A stretch of DNA of 64,000 bases from Candidatus Aldehydirespiratoraceae bacterium (GTDB lineage: Bacteria > Actinomycetota > Acidimicrobiia > Acidimicrobiales > Aldehydirespiratoraceae), in assembly GCA_965203375.1 (NCBI GenBank), contig OZ241886.1, positions 2,431,249-2,495,248 of the forward strand. Direction: 5' to 3'. The position numbers and the translations under genes are program-made. The notes under the pieces were generated by a model. The model worked only from the letters and a program-made list of their open reading frames with translations, ran no database searches and had not been told where the DNA came from. Positions 19,542 to 27,521 of the stretch are shown here, in pieces; the stretch's first letter is position 1; the number at the start of each line of letters is the position of its first letter.

Positions 19542-20078
19542 TCAACTCAGACGGTCGCGGAGTTGTGCCACCAAGTGGCGCAGATCCTGCGCGCATCGGT
19601 CGAAGTCGGCCTGCTCCCCGGCACCCGGGTCGGCCACCTCCTCCCACGGCTCGGGCCGGACCCCGGCCAAGTCCAGCGCCGCGACCCGCTCCGCCAGCGT
19701 TGAAGGGCGGGCCGGCTCGGGTCGGGGCAGGTCCCGGGCCAGCCTCCGCAGCGATCCGACGACGGCCGCCGCAGCCGGGAAACGGGATCGAATCCACGAT
19801 AGGTGGGCCGGCTCCATGACCGCGATGAGGTCGGCGCCAGCCTCGCCATCCGAGAACTGCCGGGACCGGTGGCCGGGGTCGGCCAAGCCGCAGCCGGCCA
19901 GAGCCGTCCGGGTCCTCACCCCCATGGGCTGGCCCTCCACCACATGGGTGCCGGCGCTTAGCACCTCCAGATCCGGCGCCAGGGCCCGCAGCATGGCCGC
20001 GGCCATGACCGAGCGGGCCGCGTTGCCGGTGCAGACGAAGCACACCACCGGCCTCTCCGGGGCCGAATCCGGGCTCAC
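19542..20078 (-). CDS. low-molecular-weight phosphatase family protein (LMW-PTP/ArsC-like)
   Basis: P-loop VCFVCTGNAARS (CX4-AR-S); 41 bp upstream of paralog B on the same strand. Confidence 0.75.
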   Translation of the reverse strand: MSPDSAPERPVVCFVCTGNAARSVMAAAMLRALAPDLEVLSAGTHVVEGQPMGVRTRTALAGCGLADPGHRSRQFSDGEAGADLIAVMEPAHLSWIRSRFPAAAAVVGSLRRLARDLPRPEPARPSTLAERVAALDLAGVRPEPWEEVADPGAGEQADFDRCAQDLRHLVAQLRDRLS

Positions 20079-20138
20079 CGCGGAAGCCGTCCTAACGGGG
20101 CCGAGCCCGCGGGCATCGACGTCGGGGCCGGACCGGAC

Positions 20139-20924
20139 TCACGGGCGGGAGCGGAAGTCGGCTTTGCGGGCCCCGCCGGGGTCGATCACCGACCGGATCA
20201 AACCGATCTCGGCTTCGGTGGGAAGCCGGCTGACGGGCACCTCGTCGGGCACGGCCAGCTCGAAGGGGGCGGCGGCCGCCGCCTGGTCGACGGTGACGCC
20301 GGGGTGGACCGAGCGCAGGCGCATCCCCCGATCGGGAGTCTCGAAGTCGTAGACGCCCAGATCGGTCACCACCCGGCGCACCTCATGGAAGCGCCGACTC
20401 GGCTCGGCCAAGGCCGCCACCCGGTCATACCCCGGCCCCGACACCACGTCCACCGAGGCCGCGAAGGCGCGGGGCTGGTTGGGCACCCAGTAGCTAACGG
20501 TGTGGTTGATGACGTTGCCCGGAGCGCCCCTCATGCCCAGCAACTGGGCTTTGGGTCTCCGGTAGTCGCCGATGGCGGCGATGTTCTGGTTGCCGTGCCG
20601 GTCGATCTGGCTGGCCCCCATCACCACGTGGCGGCGCCCCGACCACACCTGGTCGAACACGGTGCGGAAGGGCATGTAGCCCTCCACCGCGGCCAAGTCG
20701 GGCTCGGCCCCCCACGGCAGGGTTCCGGTGACGGCGTAGGCGATGGTGTCGGTGAGCATCAGGTCGGGCTCGAAGCTGGCCCGGGCCAGCCGGCCCGCGA
20801 TCACCGGCACCGGCCCCATGGGATGGGCCAGGATCTCGCCGTCGCCCCGGAAGGCCTCGGCCAGCGCCACCACGCAGATCTCGTCCAGGGTGGCGGCCAC
20901 ATCGCCGGCCGCGGAAGGGCTCAC
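20139..20924 (-). CDS. CoA-transferase family I, subunit B
   Basis: SQIDRHGNQN motif; GTG start overlaps subunit A stop (GTGA). Confidence 0.8.
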   Translation of the reverse strand: MSPSAAGDVAATLDEICVVALAEAFRGDGEILAHPMGPVPVIAGRLARASFEPDLMLTDTIAYAVTGTLPWGAEPDLAAVEGYMPFRTVFDQVWSGRRHVVMGASQIDRHGNQNIAAIGDYRRPKAQLLGMRGAPGNVINHTVSYWVPNQPRAFAASVDVVSGPGYDRVAALAEPSRRFHEVRRVVTDLGVYDFETPDRGMRLRSVHPGVTVDQAAAAAPFELAVPDEVPVSRLPTEAEIGLIRSVIDPGGARKADFRSRP

Positions 20925-21766
20925 GAGGCCCTCCAGCGGGCCAGCCGATGCCGATAGGCACCGTGGGACTCGAACTCCAGCCATTCGGCCCGGAACTGAT
21001 CCCAAGTTTCGGGGTCGCGGGCCGCAGCCGCGTAGGCGCGCTGGAAGGCCTCGTCCCGGCCGTAGTCGGGCGGGCACTCGGTGAAATGCGCCCCCTCGGG
21101 GGCTTCCACCACCCCGTCGACGTGAAGGCGGGGCATGCGCAGGGTGTGGACCGGCCCCTCCTCCAGCAGGCTCTCGGTGGGGACGATCCTCTCGCACGAC
21201 ATGAAGGTGCGCTCGGCGGCCATGGCGAACAGGTCGTCGAAGTACAGGTCAGGCCCAAGGAACTGGCCGTTGCCCCGGGCGTCGGCCCGGTTCATGTGGA
21301 CCAGCGAGACATCGATGTCGAAGGCGGGCACCGCCACCAGCTCCTCGCCGTCGCCATAGGGGCTCCTCACCGTCTTGAGGCCGGGGTTGACGGTCAACAT
21401 GTCGGACCCCAGCCCGGCCCGGGTCGGATAAAACGGCATGCGGTGGGAGGCGGCCAGCAGGCCCAGGTAGAAGGCGCCCTCGTCCAGCTCGAACGCCTCG
21501 ACTGCGCCGGTCTGGCGGGCGGTCCGGAAATGGGGCTCCAGCGGGATCGAATCCAACGACACGAACCCGTAGCTGACCTTGCGGACCCTGCCGGCCGCGC
21601 AGAGCAGGCCCACATCGGGCCCGCCGTAGGAGACCACATGCAAATCGTCCACCCCGCGGCGCAACAAGGCCCGCACCAAAGACATGGGCTTGCGGCGGGA
21701 CCCCCAGCCGCCGATGCCCACCGTCATGCCGCTGGCGATCTCGCCGACGACCTCGTCTTCGGTCAT
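20921..21766 (-). CDS. CoA-transferase family I, subunit A
   Basis: MTVGIGGWGSRRKPMSLVRALL; start at MTEDEVVGEIASG leaves a 92-bp divergent gap to the SDR gene. Confidence 0.8.
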   Translation of the reverse strand: MTEDEVVGEIASGMTVGIGGWGSRRKPMSLVRALLRRGVDDLHVVSYGGPDVGLLCAAGRVRKVSYGFVSLDSIPLEPHFRTARQTGAVEAFELDEGAFYLGLLAASHRMPFYPTRAGLGSDMLTVNPGLKTVRSPYGDGEELVAVPAFDIDVSLVHMNRADARGNGQFLGPDLYFDDLFAMAAERTFMSCERIVPTESLLEEGPVHTLRMPRLHVDGVVEAPEGAHFTECPPDYGRDEAFQRAYAAAARDPETWDQFRAEWLEFESHGAYRHRLARWRAS

Positions 21767-21858
21767 CACCTTGTCGGCCACGGCCCAATCGTACGCGACC
21801 GCCGGGCCGTCACGGGCCGCGCTAGCTTCAACCGGGTTGCCGACACCAGGGGGGCAGG

Positions 21859-22704
21859 GTGCAGGCCTATCCATTCGACATGACCGGGCGGACCGTGATC
21901 GTCACCGGCGGCACCGCCGGCCTGGGCCGGGCCGCGGCCGGGGCCTTCCTGGACCACGGCGCCGACGTGGTGATCTGCGCCCGCCGACCGCCGGACGGGC
22001 CGGTGACCGGGCCGGGCCGGACGGACCGGACCGCCCGCTTCGTGGCCGCCGACGTCCGAGACTCCGAGCAGATCGCGGCGGTGGTGGCCGCGGCCACCGA
22101 AGCGACCGGGCGCATCGACGTGCTGGTAAACAACGCCGGGGGCGCCCCCCCGACCGACTCGGCCGCGGTGTCGCCCCGCTTCAACGAGAAGGTCGTGGCC
22201 TTGAACCTGCTGGCCCCGCTCGCCTTCGCCCAGGCCGTGCGGCCGGTGATGGCCGCCCAGGACGACGGCGGCGTGATCGTCAACATCTCGTCGCTGTCGG
22301 GGACCCGGCCCAACCCCACCGGCGCCGCCTACGGCGCGTCCAAGTCCGGGCTGGACAACCTGACGCAGACCCTGGCCCACGAGTGGGGGCCGGCCATCCG
22401 GGTGGTCAGCGTGACGGTGGGGTTCGTGCTCACCGAGCAGGCCCGCCTCTACTACGGCGACGACGCCGGCATCGAGGCGGTGGGCCGCACGGTGGCCCTG
22501 AAGCGGCTGGCCGACCCGGCCGAGGTGGCCAATGTGGTGCTGTTCCTGGCCTCGCCGCTGGCCTCCTACGTCACCGGCGCCACCGTCCCGGTACACGGCG
22601 GCGGCGAGGTCCCGGCCTATCTGGCCGCCTCCACCGGCGCCGTCGCCCGCATCGCCCGCCGCCCTGAGCCAGGCAAGACGCCGCCAGGCGAGTCGCAAAG
22701 ATGA
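21859..22704 (+). CDS. SDR family oxidoreductase (FabG-like)
   Basis: TGGTAGLG, NNAG, S...Y..SK catalytic pattern. Confidence 0.8.
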   Translation: MQAYPFDMTGRTVIVTGGTAGLGRAAAGAFLDHGADVVICARRPPDGPVTGPGRTDRTARFVAADVRDSEQIAAVVAAATEATGRIDVLVNNAGGAPPTDSAAVSPRFNEKVVALNLLAPLAFAQAVRPVMAAQDDGGVIVNISSLSGTRPNPTGAAYGASKSGLDNLTQTLAHEWGPAIRVVSVTVGFVLTEQARLYYGDDAGIEAVGRTVALKRLADPAEVANVVLFLASPLASYVTGATVPVHGGGEVPAYLAASTGAVARIARRPEPGKTPPGESQR

Positions 22705-23210
22705 GGCGCAGCCGGGGAAGTCACAGACCAGGAAGCAGCAGCCGGGAGAATCGCAATCCAGCCAGTCGACGCCAGCTTGCCGGGCGGCGCGCGGTCAGTG
22801 CAGCCGTCGGCGCGCTCGCGGTCTGCGTCTGGCTGGCCGCGCCCGCCGGTCCAACTCAGGCGTCGGCGGGCGTCGGCGGGCCCCTCTATCACCACCCCGA
22901 CCACGACGACCTTCCCGACACCACCTTCGTGCCCCAGTCGGACGTGACCGAGGCCGACTTGGCCGATGAGGCCGAAGTCGGCGACCTCCCGCCGGGCGCG
23001 GGGCGGATCATCGGCTCGCCCGACCCCGGGCCCGAGCCCCAGCATTCGGGGGACCGGGGCGGCTGGCGCCAGCTCGCGTTGCTGGGCGCGCTGGCCGCGG
23101 CGGTGGCCGCCATCATGGTCCGGATCCTGCTGGCCGCCCGCCGCCAGCAGGACCGGGCCGGGTCGGATCAGCCTCAGCCGGCGAGAGCAGCCACCGGCAC
23201 CGAGACCTGA
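22701..23210 (+). CDS. hypothetical small membrane protein (2 TM)
   Basis: ATG overlaps SDR stop (ATGA); two hydrophobic helices; no recognisable domain. Confidence 0.35.
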   Translation: MRRSRGSHRPGSSSRENRNPASRRQLAGRRAVSAAVGALAVCVWLAAPAGPTQASAGVGGPLYHHPDHDDLPDTTFVPQSDVTEADLADEAEVGDLPPGAGRIIGSPDPGPEPQHSGDRGGWRQLALLGALAAAVAAIMVRILLAARRQQDRAGSDQPQPARAATGTET

Positions 23211-23273
23211 CCCGCGTCGCGCCCGAGTCCGACCGGCGCGACCCGATCCACGTCAGGCCCAGCGGCTGAAGCC

Positions 23274-24281
23274 TCAGCGGGCCGAGGGGGCGGCCACCGG
23301 CACCGGATGGTGACAGGCGACGAAGTGGTCGCCGTCGCCCACCCGGGCCGCGGTCGGCTCGGTGCTGCGGCACAGCTCGTCGGCCCGGGGGCAGCGGGTG
23401 TGGAACCGGCACCCCTCGGGCGGGGTCACCGGCGAGGGCAGCTCTCCGGCGATGTCGCCCTCGGCCGGGTCCACGGTGGCGGCGGGATCGGGTATTGAGG
23501 CCAGCAGTGCCCGGGTGTAGGGGTGGACCGGCCGCTCGTAGAGCTCGTCGGCCGCCCCGATCTCGCACACCTTGCCCGCGTACATGACCACGATCCGGTC
23601 GCTCACGTTCTTGACCACGGCCAAGTCGTGGGAGATGAACAGCACGGTCAGCCCGTAGCGGCGCTTCATGTCCTGGAGCAGGTTCAGGATCTGGGCCTGG
23701 ATCGACACGTCGAGGGCCGACACCGGCTCGTCGCAGATCAGCACCTCGGGGTCGAGGGCCAGGGCCCGGGCGATGCCGATGCGCTGGCACTGCCCGCCGG
23801 AGAACTGGTGGGGGTAGCGGTCGCCGAAGCGGGGGTCCACCCCCACCGCCTCCATCAGCTCGTCGATGCGGTCCCGGCTCCACGTTCCCCGGTCGTCGCC
23901 CCAGACGGCCAGGCCCTCGCCGATCACGTCCCGCACCCGGCGGCGAGGGTTGAGCGAGGAGATCGGGTCCTGGAAGATCATCTGCAGGTTGGGCCGCACC
24001 CGGCGCAGGGCCTCGCCCTCCAGCTCGGCCAGGTTCTGGCCCCGGTAGGCCACCCGCCCGGAGCGGATCGGGTTGAGCCGGATGATGGACCGGGCCACGG
24101 TCGATTTGCCGCACCCTGACTCGCCCACGATGCCCAGGGTCTCGCCCTCGGCCACGTCGAAGCTCACCGACGAGACGGCATGCACTACCTGTTTGCGCCC
24201 CGCCGGGAACTCCACCACCAGGTCCTCCACCCCCAGCAGGGCCTCGTCGCCGCGGAGCTGGGCCCGGCCCGAGCCGGCCAT
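23274..24281 (-). CDS. peptide ABC transporter ATP-binding protein (DppF/OppF-like)
   Basis: Walker A GESGCGKST, LSGGQ, C-terminal oligopeptide-ABC extension; start overlaps DppD stop. Confidence 0.85.
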   Translation of the reverse strand: MAGSGRAQLRGDEALLGVEDLVVEFPAGRKQVVHAVSSVSFDVAEGETLGIVGESGCGKSTVARSIIRLNPIRSGRVAYRGQNLAELEGEALRRVRPNLQMIFQDPISSLNPRRRVRDVIGEGLAVWGDDRGTWSRDRIDELMEAVGVDPRFGDRYPHQFSGGQCQRIGIARALALDPEVLICDEPVSALDVSIQAQILNLLQDMKRRYGLTVLFISHDLAVVKNVSDRIVVMYAGKVCEIGAADELYERPVHPYTRALLASIPDPAATVDPAEGDIAGELPSPVTPPEGCRFHTRCPRADELCRSTEPTAARVGDGDHFVACHHPVPVAAPSAR

Positions 24282-25432
24282 CAGCCCGTCACCTCGCGGG
24301 TCTCGGTCAGGGACAGGCCCATGGCGTTTTGGCCGGCGGCCTGGTTGGCGGCCAGCGCGGCCCGGCCCCGGTCGGTGCCCACCGGGTGGTAGCAGGAGAA
24401 GCGGTGCAGACCCTCCAGCCCGGTCAGCTCGGGCACCGCCTCCAGGCAGTCCCGGCGGGCGTAGCGGCAGCGGTCGGCGAAGCTGCACCGCGGGGGCGGG
24501 TCGATCAGGTCGGGGGGCCGGCCGCCGATGGGGTCGAGGCGATGGCCGCTGGGGTCGTCGATGCGGGGGATCGACCGCAGCAGGGCCTCGGTGTAGGGGT
24601 GGCGCATCTCGGTGAACAGCGAGACGGTGTCGGCCAGCTCCACGATGCGGCCGGCGTACATGACGGCCACGTCGTCGGTGCGGCCCTTGGCCACCCCCAG
24701 GTCGTGGGTGATGAGGATCATGGCCATCTCCCGCTCGGCCCGCAGCCGGTCCAGCAGGTCCAGCAGGTGCTTCTGCACGGTCACGTCCACCGCGGTGGTG
24801 GGCTCGTCGGCGATGAGCAGCCGGGGCCGGCAGGCCAGGGCCATGGCGATCACCACCCGCTGGCGGAGCCCGCCCGACAGCTCGTGGGGGTACTGGGCCA
24901 CCCGGCGGGCCGGCTCGGGCACCCCGACCTGGCCCAGCAGGTCGGCGGCCTCGGCCAGGGCCTCGCCCCGGCTCCGGCCCAGGTGGTAGCGCAGCGTCTC
25001 CGCGATCTGCTCGCCCACCTTCTTCACCGGGTTGAGCGAGGTCATGGGGTCCTGGAACACCATGGTCATCTCGACGCCCCAGAAGTGCTTGGCCCCGGCT
25101 GCGGCCAGGTCTCGCACGTCTTTGCCCTCATAGAGCACCTCGCCGCTCACCAGGGCGGTGCGGGGCAGCAGGTTCATCAGCGTGCGGGCGGTGACCGACT
25201 TGCCCGACCCCGACTCCCCCACGATGCCCAGGGTCTGGCCCGGCCGCAGGTCGAAGCTCAGCCCGTCGACGGCGTGGACGACGCCTCGGGGGGTGGGGAA
25301 GCGGACCCGCAGGTCGCGGACCTCCAGCAGCGGCCGGTCGGCCATACCGCCGTCGGACCGGCTGACGCCCGTCTGGGTCCCGGCCATCCCGCCGCCGCCG
25401 GACCGGCTGACGCCCGTCTGGGTCCCGGCCAT
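24281..25432 (-). CDS. peptide ABC transporter ATP-binding protein (DppD/OppD-like)
   Basis: Walker A GESGSGKS; ATG at 25432 overlaps permease stop (TGATG); N-terminus carries tandem MAGTQTGVSRS duplication. Confidence 0.85.
   Translation of the reverse strand: MAGTQTGVSRSGGGGMAGTQTGVSRSDGGMADRPLLEVRDLRVRFPTPRGVVHAVDGLSFDLRPGQTLGIVGESGSGKSVTARTLMNLLPRTALVSGEVLYEGKDVRDLAAAGAKHFWGVEMTMVFQDPMTSLNPVKKVGEQIAETLRYHLGRSRGEALAEAADLLGQVGVPEPARRVAQYPHELSGGLRQRVVIAMALACRPRLLIADEPTTAVDVTVQKHLLDLLDRLRAEREMAMILITHDLGVAKGRTDDVAVMYAGRIVELADTVSLFTEMRHPYTEALLRSIPRIDDPSGHRLDPIGGRPPDLIDPPPRCSFADRCRYARRDCLEAVPELTGLEGLHRFSCYHPVGTDRGRAALAANQAAGQNAMGLSLTETREVTG
25341..25432. repeat. 42-45-bp in-frame tandem duplication at the 5' end of dppD
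   Basis: encodes MAGTQTGVSRSGGGG / MAGTQTGVSRSDGG immediately before MADRPLLEV. Confidence 0.7.
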
Positions 25433-26349
25433 CAGAAGGCCAGCTCGCGCACGTCGAAGTACTCCCGGATGCGGTCGCCCACGAAATTGAGGGCCAGAAC
25501 GGTGAGAAACATGGCGGCGATCGGGAACATGGCCACGTGGGGAGACTGCTGGAGGTCGCGGAGCTGGGCCCCGTCCACGATCATCTTGCCCCACGAGATG
25601 GCCTCGTCGCCCGCCACCGACAGGCCCAGAAAGGCCAGCGCCCCCTCGGCCACCACGGTCACGGCCATGCCCAGCAGGGTCAGGGCCCCCATCGGGATCA
25701 GCACGTTGGGGAGCAGCTCCCGCACGATGATGCGGGCCCGGCGGGCGCCCAGCACCCGGGCCGCGGTCACGAACTCCCGCTCGGCGTACACCAGGGTGGT
25801 GGCCCGGGCCAGCCGCCCGACCGGGGCGATGGCCAGGATGCCGAGGGTGAGGCTCACCACCAGCAGGGTCCGGTCCAGGGTGGCGGTGATCAGGATGGCC
25901 AGCACCAGGGCCGGGAACGACAGCAGCACGAAGAAGACGAAGCCGATGAGCTGGTCGAGGCGGCCCTTGAAGAAGCCGGCCAGGATGCCCAGCCCGCCCC
26001 CGAAGACGATCCCGAAGCCGATGGCGAACCCCCCCACGGCCAGGCTGATCCGGGCCCCGTGGACGGTGCGGGCGAACACGTCCCGGCCCAGCGAGTCGGT
26101 GCCGAAGAACCAGTCTGTTGACGGCGCCAGCCGGGGGCCGCCCGCCCCCACGTCGGTGGGGTCGGTGAGCGGCAGGACCGGGGCCAGCACCGCGGCCCCC
26201 ACGACGGCCGCCACCCAGCCCGCGGCCAGCCAGAAGCCGAGCCCGAGCCGGCGTTGCTTCCCGCCGCCCGCGCCGCCCGCGCCGTCCGCCATCTCCTGAC
26301 CGGCGGAGGTCATGGCACCCGCGCCGTCGGTTGAACCGGCGGGGGTCAT
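25432..26349 (-). CDS. peptide ABC transporter permease (DppC/OppC-like)
   Basis: 6 TM, ABC transporter permease (EAA-loop-like) region; ATG overlaps DppB stop (ATGA). Confidence 0.8.
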   Translation of the reverse strand: MTPAGSTDGAGAMTSAGQEMADGAGGAGGGKQRRLGLGFWLAAGWVAAVVGAAVLAPVLPLTDPTDVGAGGPRLAPSTDWFFGTDSLGRDVFARTVHGARISLAVGGFAIGFGIVFGGGLGILAGFFKGRLDQLIGFVFFVLLSFPALVLAILITATLDRTLLVVSLTLGILAIAPVGRLARATTLVYAEREFVTAARVLGARRARIIVRELLPNVLIPMGALTLLGMAVTVVAEGALAFLGLSVAGDEAISWGKMIVDGAQLRDLQQSPHVAMFPIAAMFLTVLALNFVGDRIREYFDVRELAF

Positions 26350-27347
26350 GCCGCCCGCACCCTGGGGTCGAGCCACGAGTAGAGCAGGTCCACCACGAAG
26401 TTGACCACCACGAAGCCGACCGCGATCACCACCACCGCGGCCAGCACCACCGGGAAGTCGTCGCGGATCACCGCGGTGACGATCTCCCGGCCGATGCCGG
26501 GTATGCCGAAGATCTGCTCCACCACCAGCGAGCCCCCGATGAGGGTGCCGGTGTTGAGGCCGAACACGGTCACCATCGAGAACATGGAGGGCCGCAAGGC
26601 GTGGCGGAACATGATCCGGACCGGGGTGAGCCCCTTGGCCCGGGCCATGTGGACGAAGTCCTCTTGGAGGGTGGTGATGAGGTCGGTGCGCAGCAGCCGC
26701 TGGTAGGCGGCGGCCAGCGGCAGCCCCAGGGTGACCGCGGGCAGGATCAGCGACCGGAGCCGCACCAGCAGGCCGGCGTCGTCAAAGGCGGAGGGGAGGA
26801 CGCTCCAGCGCAGGGTGAACAGGTACAGCAGCACCACGCCCATGGCGAAGACCGGCACCGACAGCAGCCCGAAGGACCCGATGGTGGAGGCCCGGTCGAA
26901 GGAGCGGTTGGCCCGGTAGGCCGAGGCCACCCCCCAGGGGATGGATACCCCCAGCGCCACGGCCTGGGCCATGGCCATCAGCAGCAGCGACTCGGGGAAC
27001 TTCTCCCGGAGCACCTCGCCCACCGGCTGGTTGTTCTGGAACGAGGTGCCGAAGTCGCCCCGGATCAGATCGCCGAGCCACAGGAAGTAGCGGGGGGCCA
27101 GGGGTCGGTCGAGGTGGTATTCGGCCCTGGCCTCGGCGATTATCTCGCAGTCGCCCTTGGGGTTGAGCGACGTGGACCGGTCCTCGGCCGCGCCGGCGTA
27201 GACCTCGGTGCAGTCCTTCTCGGCCAGCGGGCCGACGATGTTGACCAAGGGGTCGCCCAGCACGTTCAGGGCCGCGAAGGCGGTGAAGGTGACGGCCAGA
27301 AGGACCAGCACCAGCATGGCTGCTCGCCGGGCCACGAACCCGGTCAC
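26346..27347 (-). CDS. peptide ABC transporter permease (DppB/OppB-like)
   Basis: typical DppB N-terminus and TM layout. Confidence 0.85.
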   Translation of the reverse strand: MTGFVARRAAMLVLVLLAVTFTAFAALNVLGDPLVNIVGPLAEKDCTEVYAGAAEDRSTSLNPKGDCEIIAEARAEYHLDRPLAPRYFLWLGDLIRGDFGTSFQNNQPVGEVLREKFPESLLLMAMAQAVALGVSIPWGVASAYRANRSFDRASTIGSFGLLSVPVFAMGVVLLYLFTLRWSVLPSAFDDAGLLVRLRSLILPAVTLGLPLAAAYQRLLRTDLITTLQEDFVHMARAKGLTPVRIMFRHALRPSMFSMVTVFGLNTGTLIGGSLVVEQIFGIPGIGREIVTAVIRDDFPVVLAAVVVIAVGFVVVNFVVDLLYSWLDPRVRAA

Positions 27348-27354
27348 GGCGACG

Positions 27355-27500
27355 GCCCCCGCCGGGCGAACCCGGTCCGGGCGACGAACCTGGTCACGGC
27401 GCTGACCGGGGCCGGGCGAACCCGGTCACGGCGACGGCCCCCGCCGGGCGAACCCGGTCACGGTGCTGACCCGGGCCGGGCGGACCGGGATGTGCCCGTC
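27355..27500. repeat. intergenic array of ~42-bp hairpin-containing repeats (x3.5) between SBP and permease genes
   Basis: GACCGGG-GCCGGGCGAA-CCCGGTC units at ~27362, 27404, 27446, 27478. Confidence 0.6.
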
Positions 27501-27521
27501 ACGGAGCGGCGGCGGGCGGGG

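Noticed and set aside
20304-21258. ORFs 20304..20957+ and 20494..21258- overlapping the CoA-transferase genes
   Set aside because: Alternative frames of genes with strong subunit A/B signatures.
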